Source: Octopus sinensis (Eukaryota). From it: a stretch of 64,000 nt of DNA. Below the pieces are notes generated by a model. That model was not told the origin of the DNA. It saw nothing but the letters and a program-made list of their open reading frames with translations, and did not search any database. The position numbers and the translations under genes are program-made. The DNA lies in assembly GCF_006345805.1 (NCBI RefSeq), contig NC_042997.1, positions 13,268,001-13,332,000 on the forward strand. Direction: 5' to 3'. Shown piece by piece: positions 1-10,436 of the stretch. The stretch's first letter is position 1; every line of letters starts with the position of its first letter.

Positions 1-133
1 CCGACAAAGAGCTCCGCTCGAAACGTTAAGCCCTCCTTCTTCCATTGTTTCCTGAGCGTCCAATAATACTATATTTGTTCCACGTCCTCCCGTTGTTGTG
101 TTTTTTTTGTGTTTTCTTGTTTGGATTAACTTT
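1..133 (+). mobile_element. Penelope-like terminal repeat fragment with degenerate hammerhead-like motif
   Basis: GAGC-tcc-GCTC hairpin followed by GAAACGT, then TTCCTGAGCGT, a T-rich tract and (TA)n. Same architecture as 27050-27240. The core reads CCGACAA rather than CTGANGA. Truncated by the window start. Confidence 0.45.
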
Positions 134-540
134 ATATATACATATATATCTATATGTGTGTACGAATGAGTGAACCAACAAAAGAGATTGAAACTCGACA
201 AATTTGCTAGGACTTAAATGTACCGGTATTGAAAATACAGTTTGATTTAGCCCCATGCAAATTAAGTTTCGTAGGATTGAGACAAGAAGCTAGCTGGTCA
301 GACCAGGGCGGCCGAAAATGTACACATTAGAAACACACACACACAGATATTTATATATATACCTGCTAAAACAGAAGCCTAATACGGAACCCTTGCTCCA
401 GTCACAGCTGTGACATTTGAAACTCACGGATGACCAATTATAGCACTTAGTCAGTGGATGACCAGCTATAGCAATTATAGCAATTACTCAGCGTAGCTAT
501 TCGTTTAGTTTACCAGTGAAGTAAACCTCTCATATTCTTT

Positions 541-643
541 GTGGCTATGTGGTAAGTAGCTTGCTTACTAACGACATGGTTCCGGGGTCCGACCAAAGCC
601 CTGTGAGTGAATTTGGCAGACGGAAACTGAACGAAGCCCGTCG

Positions 644-713
<70 letters not shown>

Positions 714-965
714 ATGTGTGTGTGGTGTGTGTGTGTGTGTATGTGTGTGTGTGTGTATGTGTGTGTGTGTGTCTGTGTTTGTCCCCCTCAATTTCGCTTG
801 ACAACCGATGCTGATGTGTTTACGTCCCCGTAACTTAGGGGTTCGGCAAAAGAGACCGATAGAATAAGTACTAAGCTTACAAAGAATTAGTCCTGAGGTC
901 GATTTGCTCGACTAAACGCGGTGCTCTAGCATGGCCGCAGTCAAATGACTGAAACAAGTAAAGAG

Positions 966-966
<1 letters not shown>
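541..966 (+). mobile_element. SINE family A (tRNA-like head, internal (TA)n(TG)n, GTAAAAGA tail), head internally deleted
   Basis: High similarity to copies at 1741, 9889, 12015, 24019 and 52548. Head GTGGCTRTGTGGTAAG; tail CCAGCATGGCCGCAGTCAAATGACTGAAACAAGTAAA. Confidence 0.9.
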
Positions 967-996
<30 letters not shown>

Positions 997-1290
997 GCAA
1001 ACAGACACACGCCACACACAAACTCACACACACACACACACATAAACACATGCATACATATAAATGCACGTTATATATTGCTTCATTAGTTTTTTCCAAC
1101 TAGTGGCTGATTTTACATGGGGCATCGCCTTCCGGCGTGATTGAATCTTTTCTGTATTGATTTTGGTGGAGTAGTGAGTTCGATGGAGCTGCTGTTTTTT
1201 GTGTCTCCAGACATTCTTTAAACACATCTATAAACCTCTCAGGTTGTTTGTTTGACAGAATGTTAAATATTTATGGACTCTTCAGACAAA

Positions 1291-1329
1291 TCTCCGTCTC
1301 AAATAATGGGTTATTATTTGAGACGGAGA
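1291..1329. repeat. Perfect 17-bp inverted repeat with 5-nt loop
   Basis: TCTCCGTCTCAAATAAT-gggtt-ATTATTTGAGACGGAGA. Confidence 0.95.
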
Positions 1330-1735
1330 AGACAGGAGGCTTGGCACTATGCAGCTCCGCCCAGTTCGGTGCTTAGTATAGTTTTCAATTCCAAAGTTGG
1401 GAGAAAGACATTCCACAATGTTCCATATGTATATAGTAGCTTATCTTTCGCATTTTATCTCTAGCAAATAGTGGTCCATTTGCTCGACCCTCTTCCAGTA
1501 GCACATTTTTTACACTGAGTCTATCTTCTTAAATTAGTGACGCTATTTTGTCTCGAGTTCTGCCACCAGTTTAGCGCTCTGTAGTAATCCAGGCAAGTGA
1601 GAGTAGTAATCCAAGCAATCGTGAAAGAAAGTTCTCCACTGTAGTAGTATGGTATGCTTTATCCTGGTTCTGATTGATCTCAGAATCCATTCAACTCTTC
1701 GCCTACATGGTCAGAGTTGCTATCTTGGAAATATG
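1330..1735 (-). pseudogene. CR1/L2-type LINE ORF2 C-terminal relic
   Basis: Minus-strand translation WILRSIRTR...LDYYSHL...AELE...YWKRV...IYIWNIVECLSPNFGIE...RTGRSCIVP is collinear with the RT C-terminus at 43552-43958. Multiple stops. Confidence 0.75.
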
Positions 1736-1740
1736 CACAT

Positions 1741-2147
1741 AGGCGAAGGAGTGGCTGTGTGGTAGATAGCATGCTTACGAACCACATAGTTCCGGATTCC
1801 AGTACCACTGCGTGGAACCTTCGGCAATTTCTTCTACTATAGCCTCGGGCCGACCGAAAGCCTTGTGAGTGGATTTGGTAGAAGGAAACTGAAAGAAGCC
1901 TGTCGTATATATGTATATATATGTGTGTGTATGTTTGTGTGTCTGTGTTTGTCCCCCCAACATTCACTTGACAACCGATGCTGGTGTGTTTACGTCCCAG
2001 TAAGCTAGCGGTTCAGCAAAAGAGATCCGATAGAATAAGTGCTAGGCTTACAAAAAATAAGTCCTGGGATCGACTTGCTCGCCTAAAGGCGGTGCTCCAG
2101 CATGGCCACAGTCACATGACTGAAACAAGTAAAAGAGTATAAGAGTA
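1741..2147 (+). mobile_element. SINE family A, full length
   Basis: A/B-box-like head (GTGGCTGTGTGGT...GTTCCGGATTCC), internal microsatellite, tail with GTAAAAGA-like repeats. Confidence 0.92.
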
Positions 2148-2399
2148 ACATGCACTATTGCATCATTACGCAGTAGTGACCGCAGTACAGTACCTTGGGG
2201 ACTCTGCCGAGAATTGACGTCTCCCCGCAGAGAGCAACTTCGGCTAAAACTGTCTGACTTCTGTCTTTTAAAAAGCCATGCATCCACTCTCGTTTTTGTA
2301 GCGATACTAGTGTCACGCAAATTGTAGCATGTAATTCTATAATTAACTTTTTCGGAGGCAAATTCACATCATCATTTGAGTGGTTGTGTGGTAGTTTCA

Positions 2400-3100
2400 G
2401 CTTCCGATCATATTGCAGTAGTAATTGTGTGAGGCAGCTCCTCGTTGGACAGAAGCCATGTTATTTTATCCAGGTACGTGATCAGCCTTCTTGTAACAAT
2501 GCATTCTACGACCATACTGACGGGTGAGGTCACAGAGATAAACTTGTAATTTGTAGCATCTTTGCTTCCTCTATATTACAACAATTTTTTTGCGCTTTGG
2601 GAAGTTTAGCACAACTAAGTAAGCTCTGGCAATCTTTTCTGTAGTAGTTTTGCGAGAGCTTTCTTGCATATCGTTAAAAGAAGAGCCAGACTTCGCCTCA
2701 TCAATGGCTGCTATTACATCTTCGTACTTTATGTCGATGTAATCGACGGTTACTTCTTGCCCATGTAGATCTGCGGTTTTGAAGAACCCATTAAACTTGT
2801 TTGTTTGCATATTTCCTAGTAGAGAAGTAAAGGCAATTTGGAATTGTTTATTTAGCACTTAACTTATACACCGGGGGTATGCACTTAGTGGGCTGTCTTC
2901 TTCAAACAGTGACCCTATTTTGTAATGCCACGAAGCAGGTTCTTTCGCAAACATAAATATCATTTACAAGTCATTTTAAGATTTATTGCAGACAGATAGC
3001 ATCCAAACCCTATCTTGTCTGAACATCTACATGGCTCGCTGGACAGGTACTCAGGTAGAATTCGCTTAAAAGTGTATATAAGCAAGACATTGATATGTAA
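2400..3100 (-). pseudogene. CR1/L2-type LINE ORF2 relic (pre-RT and RT N-terminus)
   Basis: Minus-strand peptides KIGSLFEED, YEDVIAAIDEAKS, GSKDATNYKFISVTS and GFCPTRSCLTQLLQ match degenerate NYRPISLTS and GFRxGRSCLTQLL motifs. Frameshifted. Confidence 0.7.
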
Positions 3101-3446
3101 CTTACAAGAACTGGAAATTCCGCATTGATTCGCCATATTTTTTTTTCTTTTTCTAGACTTTTGATAGTACATGCATGTATGCATGTATGTATGTATATAC
3201 TAATTAATTAAGGGTTCAGCAACGATTTGCCTCACTACATACCGAATTTAGAAATAGCAGTCAAAAAGTTTTGGCTATTCTTTCTACTTAAAAGGGCGAT
3301 CCCAGTAAAACCAAAGCACTTAAAAAACAAACGACGCAGGCAAAAGAGAAAGAAATGACGGAAATCATTCTATATTAAGTTACCTACGGACGTACGTTTC
3401 GGAATCAAATCAATTCAGAGCATAAAAATTAAATAATTATGTCTTA

Positions 3447-4737
3447 CGAGGGGCGTTCAATAAGTAATGTCCCTGACCCATTTCCCATATCAGTAGAGCA
3501 ACGAAACTTGGAACAGTTATCAGTCTTTTTCTACAGAGGAACCACCCAGAGTTACGCATTTCTCCCATTGTTTGATGCGGCTCTGAAGACCGTTTTTGTA
3601 GAAGACCCCAGCTTGGTCCTCCAACCACGACGTGACTTCAGAAATCAAGGCTGCATCATCTGGGAAACGCTTTCCTTTCAAAAACAACTTCATGGCTGGG
3701 AAGAGGTGAAAATCAGAGGGTGCAAGGTCAAGAGAGTAGGGGGATGGGGGATGAGTTCATAGCCGCACGCCTGTGCTTCTTATCTGGCGGAACGCCAGTT
3801 GTGGACCGGAGAGTTGTCCTGCAGGAGGAGGATGCCTTTGCTGATCTTGCCCCGCCTCTTGATTTTGATAGCTTCTCTTAATTTCCTCAAAAGTGAAGCA
3901 TAATAGACTCCTGTAATTGTGGCACCCTTTGCCAGGAAATCTGTCTTCACTACTCCGTCCTGGTCCCAGAAGACTGTAAGCATGACCTTGCCAGCGGAGG
4001 GCTGCACCCTTGCCTTCTTTGGAGGAGGTGAGTCACGGTGCTTCCACTGCATTGACTGGGCTTTGGTCTCTGGATCATAGTGATGGAACCAGGTTTCATC
4101 CTGTGTAATCAGTCTTTTGAAAAATTTTGACTCATCTTCTTGGCACATCTCCAAATTCATCCTCGAGCAATCGATGCGTTCTTGCTTCTGGAAAGGTGTG
4201 AGCAACCTGGGAATCCATCTGGCAGACACCTTTTGCATATGCAAATGGTCATCAATGATTGTTTCCACAGACCCGATACTAATCTTGACCTCATGGGCTA
4301 TTTGGCGAATAGTTATGCATCGATCTTCCAAAATGGCAGCCTCAACTTGAAAGACAGATGCCTCATCAATGGCAGAAGGGGGCGACCAGATCTGGGAGCT
4401 GTTTCCACAGAGTTCCGACCATGTTTGAATTCACAATGCCAGCGTTTTACAAGGTCATATGACGGGGCATCATCACCATAAGTTACTTTCATTTCATCAA
4501 AAGTCTCCCGTGGTGTGCGTCCTTTCAAATACAAAAACCGGATCACTGCTCGACACTCAACATGCTCCATTTCACACTTGACTCAGTTCAAACACCTGTA
4601 AATCGGAAACCACAATTAGTTCAGAGCTGTAATTTGCCACTTAATCTATAGAGATATAAATAATTGCACATGTAAATTTTCAGCTAGATTAAACAAATGC
4701 AAGTGGGTTAGGGGCATTACTTATTGAACGCCCCTCG
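3447..4737 (-). mobile_element. Full-length mariner DNA transposon (1291 bp)
   Basis: 28-bp TIRs CGAGGGGCGTTCAATAAGTAATGTCCCT at 3447-3474 and 4710-4737 (1 mismatch). TA target duplication at 3445-3446 and 4738-4739. Confidence 0.97.
3520..4570 (-). pseudogene. Mariner (DD34D-type) transposase, frameshifted
   Basis: MEHVECRAVIRFLYLKG (HTH), PRSGRP, ITQDETW (1st D), LLQDNSPVH (2nd D), HPP..., ending KCVTLGGSSVEKD*. Split over at least three frames. Confidence 0.93.
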
Positions 4738-5316
4738 TACCTGACTATTTCCTCCTCAGCGTAGGATTCTTCAATTATAAATAATTGTGTCTCAATTATT
4801 AATAATTGTGTATTAAATTTGAAGGCACTAGAAGACATCACCTCAACTCATGGTATCAGAGCGAGCGTGAGCCTTACCAGTACCAACGAATTCAAAGGGT
4901 GAATGAAAGTAAATCACCTTCCCACTTCCGCCAGCGTGCTGCCAAAATAAGATGCTACGGTTTTTTTACTGGGATGAAATACAGTTATCAATAATATAGG
5001 GTGAAATTAATTAATTTAGAAATAATCATTAATTTCACCAAGTAGAGTTCGGCATGTAAAAGACCCATTCAAGGAAGGTTTAAGTAATACTAATTAATTA
5101 AGGGTTCAGCAACGATTTGCCTCACCACATACCGAATTTAGAAATAGCAGTCAAAAAGTTTTGGCTATTCTTTCTACTTAAAAGGGCGATATCAGTAAAA
5201 CCAAAGCACTTAAAAAACAAACGTATGTATATATGTATGAGCGTATGTATGTATGAAAATACATACATATACATAGATAAATATATATGTATATATATGT
5301 ATATGTATATATATAT

Positions 5317-5535
5317 CAGTGGTTTTCAACCAGGGTTCCGTGGAACCTTAGGGTTCCGGCAGCACAGTCCAGGGGTTCTGCAAGAAGTTACAAAACTGCT
5401 AAAATCGGCAGTAATTTTTAATTCTCCTGTGCAGATATGTGTGCATAAGACTATTAAATTATTGCACAGGCGTTCATCGAGCCAGTGGAATGTTTCCTTG
5501 GCGTTTCGCTCCAGCAAAAAGTTTGAAAAGCACTG
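5317..5535. mobile_element. hAT/Charlie-like MITE (219 bp)
   Basis: TIRs CAGTGGTTTTCAACC / GTTTGAAAAGCACTG (13/15). Inserted in (TA)n, consistent with an 8-bp ATATATAT duplication, which is uninformative in a microsatellite. Confidence 0.75.
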
Positions 5536-5824
5536 ATATATATATATATATATATATATATGCATTCATATATATATATACGTATATGTATGTATATATA
5601 TATATATATATATATATTTGTGTGTGTGTCTGTATGTGTATATTTGCACATATGTGTGTGTGGGCGTGTATGCATATATGTATGTATACATATACGTATC
5701 ACTTATCACCGTGAACGACCAGTCTATCAGATGTTGCTACACATCGCTGGTCACAATGCGCGTCGCATTGTTTTAGCCTTCAAATGACGCCACCCCACTG
5801 GCTAAGCGAGCAGGCCAACAGAAG

Positions 5825-5985
5825 AAAGAGTACAGCAGGGATCGCCAGCATCCCCCTGCCGGAGCCTTATTGAGCTTTAGGTGTTTTCGCCCAATAAACA
5901 CTCAAAACGCACGGTCTGGGAATCGAAACAGTGATCCTACAACCGCGAGTCCGCTGCCCTAACCACTGGGCCATTACACCTCCAC
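5825..5985 (-). mobile_element. SINE family C, 5' part
   Basis: Reverse complement matches the head of 30445-30830 (TGGCCCAGTGGTTAGGGCAGCGGACTCGCGG...GTTTCGATTCCCAGACC). Confidence 0.85.
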
Positions 5986-6257
5986 ACATATCACTTATGC
6001 CTCTATGTATATCTACATATATGAATGCATATATGTGTACGTCTATAGGTAAGTATGAGTTTGCAGCCAAGTCATTTCATATGTACATCCATATGTCCCT
6101 GTTTTGAAATATAGGTATATAAACATATACAAACCATCCGTACTTATATCTTGCATTGTTTTACAGAGTGCGAATTTATATACGTACCGATATATGAATA
6201 CATATATCTGTAAGATTATTATGAACGTCCCGAATGTCAATACACACAAACTCATAA

Positions 6258-6259
<2 letters not shown>

Positions 6260-6291
<32 letters not shown>

Positions 6292-6625
6292 GTGTGCGTA
6301 TACATGTATGTATTATTTTTTGGACGAATATAATCACCTTCATATGTCTCACTTTATGTGCATGTGCGTATGTTTGCATGTGTGTGTGTATGTATATATG
6401 TATTTACGTAATATACATATATGAATATATATATATAAATATATGTCAATATGTGCTTATATATACACACACATACATATGTATATACATATGTATATAT
6501 ATATATATATACATATACGTATATATATACATATATATGCACATATATATATATATATATACAGAGAGAGAGAGAAATATGTGTATATATATTATATATA
6601 CATATATATATATACATGCACACAT

Positions 6626-6720
<95 letters not shown>

Positions 6721-6952
6721 GAGAAAGAGTGAGAGAGTGAGAGAGATATGTATGTATATGTATATATGTACGCGAATGGTATCGAACGGAAGATTAAGTA
6801 CTCAACACCGGAAGTGGAATATAAATAATTAAATTCGGTTATCCGCAACGGCACAGGCTAAAACTGTCAGATTGAACAAGGCGCTTACGCGCCAATTTTG
6901 GACACTTCTGTACAGGGCATATGAATATATTAGTATACACACACACATACAA

Positions 6953-6997
<45 letters not shown>

Positions 6998-7040
6998 TGT
7001 GTGTGTATATGTGCGTGTGTTGAGTCTGTGTGTGTGCATA
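6260..7040. repeat. Compound (TA)n/(CA)n/(GA)n microsatellite field, representative of many in the window
   Basis: Direct reading. Similar fields at ~25830-26090, 26470-27045, 35210-35620, 40060-40960, 50115-50465, 54610-55180 and 62770-63000. Confidence 0.95.
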
Positions 7041-7353
7041 TATATGTATAAAGGTGTGTGTGTGTAGGCGTGTTCATAAATAGTTAGATCTACGTTTGCT
7101 ACTGGTGAATTTAGATCTCTTACGAATATATTTATTATCCTGTGTACTACCAGCAAAGATATTTGCGTTTAAAATATATATAATCACCAATATGCGTGTA
7201 TATATCTATATGTGTATACGTATAATGTCCACACACAGATATCTATCTATCTCTGTATATATAGTATATGTGTAGGTGTGTGTGCATAATTATATATACA
7301 TACATGCATACATATTTATATATGTATATATTCAAATATTTATATGCATCTAA

Positions 7354-7398
<45 letters not shown>

Positions 7399-7446
7399 AA
7401 GAGAGATACTGGTGCAAATGCAAATAATTGAACATATCTTACTTAA

Positions 7447-7865
7447 CGTTCCTTTACTACCCACAAGGGGCTACACACAGAGAGGACAAACAAGGACAGA
7501 CAAATGGATCAAGTCGATTATATCGACTCCAGTGCGTATCTTGTACTTATTTAATCGACCCCGAAAGGATGAAAGGCAAAGTCGACCTCGGCGGAATTTG
7601 AACTCAGAACGTAGCGGCAGACGAAATACCTATTTCTTCACTACTCACTTGGGGCTAAACACAGAGAGCACAAACAAGGACATACAAACGGATTAAGTCG
7701 ATTATATCGACCTCAGTGCGTTACTGGTACTTTTTTAATCGACCCCGAAAGGATGAAATGCAAAGTCGACCTCGGCGGAATTTGAACTCAGAACGTAACG
7801 GCAGACGAAATACCGCTAAGCATTTCGCGCGGCGTGCTGACGTTTCTGTCGGTTCGGCACCTTCA
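7447..7865 (-). mobile_element. SINE family B, head plus two tandem bodies (dimer)
   Basis: Two ~181-bp body units joined at GAAATA/GGTATTTC (7629-7631). One flanking duplication ATATCTTACTTAA at 7434-7446 and 7869-7881. Confidence 0.9.
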
Positions 7866-8609
7866 AATATATCTTACTTAAACCTGCTTACGTAGGTATG
7901 TATTCGTTTTTGTATATTTATTCTTAAAAAAGCATACATTTTCGAATATAAAGAGCAATTTATAAATCCCACTCTTTATATCTCGCAAAGTTTCCCGTTA
8001 CCTGATTACAATACTGGACAATACTATGCTGATAGCATTTATCGACAGACAAACATATATCTGAAGCTCTTCTCTTCATTTCAGACAATCAGACAATCTT
8101 TTCATTTGTGGCTGCCAATTTTGGACAATTGTTCCTACAATTTATCTCGCTTTCTCATTTGGAAATCGTGATAAATGCCAAACGATTGGTCTACTCTCTC
8201 CGGATTCGAAGGTAATTTCAATAAATAAAGGATTAATCGCGGATGTTAAGATATCTTCATTAGCCTTCGTTGTTCCAAAGCATTTGTTGGCCACAGTGGA
8301 TTTTCAGAGGTCATCCATTGCTTTTATATCTACATATCCAGGTCTGCTCGCACGCGCACACACATAACACACAGAGAAAAAATACACGTATATACACTGT
8401 GCTCGGGCTAAGTGTAACTATTTTTATGTTTCCTTCTTCAGGAATATTTGAGATGTTGGTAAACTGTCAACGGTATTCGAGAATATAAACACTAAAAGCG
8501 TAGCAGTTATCTGACATGGTGACCGCAAAGCTATCTAAATATTGGGAAAGCTATCTAAATCTGTTATCGTGATTATTTGCACTAATTATCAAAATACTGA
8601 TGTCATAAC

Positions 8610-8985
8610 TGCTGGTGACTGTGATAAGACCTTGGTTGGATAGATTTGCTTCTAAAAATCCATATGCGCGGCAGCAGAATTTGATTCTTCCCCATATCAC
8701 AGGAAAGAGTCTGAGCGTTTTATCGGAGGATGTCTGCAATTCCACCAGCCCTAGTTTCTAGCCTCCTAATTCCCCGGATTGTAATTCCCATAGATTACTA
8801 TATGTGGTGCACAGTTGTAAAAGACACCAACCTCACTGCCGGTATCACGAAGCCCGAACTGGTGGTCAAGATCAAGGAGGTGTTTCCAAACCTTCCCAGT
8901 GACACAGTGAGGAATGCATGCTCCAGGTTCCAGAGCTTTCTTGAGGTTGTAGGAAAAGCAGAGGTCGCCTACCTCGAGTAAATTT
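8610..8985 (+). pseudogene. IS630-Tc1-mariner (maT/DD37D-like) transposase 3' relic
   Basis: PWLDRFASKNPYARQQ..., then PXPRIVIPIDYYMW (degenerate PPxSPDxNPxDY), TVRNACSRFQSFLEVVGKAEVAYLE*. Confidence 0.7.
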
Positions 8986-9050
8986 TTATGTCCCAGCTAG
9001 AATCTAGTAGATGACAGACACACACACACGCTCACATAGACACACACAAG

Positions 9051-9110
<60 letters not shown>

Positions 9111-9114
9111 TATA

Positions 9115-9346
9115 AAGGCGGCGAGCTGGCAGAAACGCTAGCACGCCGGGCGAAATGCTTTGTGGTATTTCGTCTGTCGTTACGTTCTGAGTTCAAATTC
9201 CGCCGAGGTCGACTTTGCCTTCCATCATTCCGGGGTCGATAAATAAAGTACCAGTTTCGCACTGGGGTCGATGTAATGGGCTTAATCCGTTTGTCTGTCC
9301 TTGTTTGTCCCCTCTATGTTTAGCCTCTTGTGGGTAATAGAGAAAT
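9115..9346 (+). mobile_element. SINE family B monomer
   Basis: A box AGCTGGCAGAAACG, B box GAGTTCAAATTCC, central GACTTTGCCTTCCATCATTCCGGGGTCGATAAA, tail GTGGGTAATAGAGAAAT. Confidence 0.92.
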
Positions 9347-9888
9347 ATATATATATATGTTTCTGGGATTAATGTATTTATATTGTGGATTAAATTAGAT
9401 TGTTTACTCTACATTTTGTTTTCTGTAAAACCCACACGTTTCTCCTTATATATATTTGCTAGCTTGTTACTGAAGTCGATTCTACGTCTTCTATCAATAG
9501 GGTAGGGGGTGTTTCTTTTATGTAGCGGGAATGATGGACTTGTTTGCCTGCTTAAATCTAGTACCATATGGCCGAAGTTTTATTTAATCATTTTCAACCG
9601 AGATGCCTTTTACCCTGCCAAGAATCTGTGTCACCCATATTTGGTACATCTTCAGTTTCATGCTGCACTTTGCTACTAATAAAATTAATGAATATGAGTG
9701 GTCGTCGTTCTTGACAGAATGGTTCACAAAGGAACACCTAAAGTTCAGCAAGAATGCAGTGGCCAGGATGACATACCATGCGGTAAACTACACTATTTCT
9801 AATTGGTACGTTAGAATGTTAACTATGGCTTGCTACAATTAGTTTAATCTTATGTTTAAGTCCAATTTATTAAATAATCCGAATAAAC

Positions 9889-10300
9889 GGATTGGCTGTG
9901 TGGTAAGTAGCTTGCCTACCAACCACATGGTTCCGGGTTCAGTCCCACTGCGTGGCATCTTGGGCAAGTGTCTTCTTCTATAGCTTCGGGCCGACCAATG
10001 CCTTGTGAGTGGATTTGGTAGACGGAAACTGAAAGAAGCCCGTCGTATATATGTATATATATATATATATGTATGTGTGTGTATATGTTTGTGTGTCTGT
10101 GTTTGTCCCTCTAGCATTGCTTGACAACCTATGCTGGTGTGTTTATGTCTCCGTCACTTAGCGGTTCGGCAAAAGAGACCGATAGAATAAGTACTGGGCT
10201 TACAAAGAATAAGTCTCGGGGTCGATTTGCTCGACTAAAGGCGGTGCTCCAGCATGGCCGCAGTCAAATGACTGAAACAAGTAAAAGACTAAAGACTAAA
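9889..10300 (+). mobile_element. SINE family A, full length
   Basis: Matches the family A consensus of this window; tail GTAAAAGACTAAAGACTAAAC. Confidence 0.92.
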
Positions 10301-10436
10301 CTATTTCTAAGGCTATTCATAGAATGAGTACTCACATTGTATGTTGAAAGCCTATAATCTCTGGGCCAACTAGACCTATGGAAGTGGAACTATGGATGTG
10401 GTGAGCTTTCTGAGAGTATCCAAAAGAGACAATATC

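Larger units (their letters stand above)
3383..4765 (-). ncRNA. Type I minimal hammerhead ribozyme, split in two halves (3383-3446 and 4740-4765) by a mariner insertion
   Basis: Reconstructed minus strand: CCTACG CTGAGGA GGAA...TTCC GAAA CGTACG TC CGTAGG. 6-bp stem I, full CUGANGA/GAAA core, 4-bp stem II base, palindromic stem III (ACGTACGT), GUC cleavage triplet. Confidence 0.85.
3197..5223 (-). mobile_element. Penelope-like non-coding element: 597-bp unit plus 137-bp terminal direct repeat, carrying a hammerhead and interrupted by mariner
   Basis: 3197-3333 and 5087-5223 are direct repeats (3 mismatches in 137 bp). Both flanks are (TATG)n-like. HHR on the minus strand after removing 3447-4739. 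Confidence 0.75.

Noticed and set aside
8085-8211. Candidate exon with good acceptor (TTTCAG) and donor (AAG|GTAATT), two open frames
   Set aside because: No recognisable product and no linked exon; the splice motifs alone are insufficient.
9603-9842. 79-aa ORF in non-repetitive sequence
   Set aside because: No recognisable motif; open frames on both strands are short and cannot be ranked without homology or RNA data.
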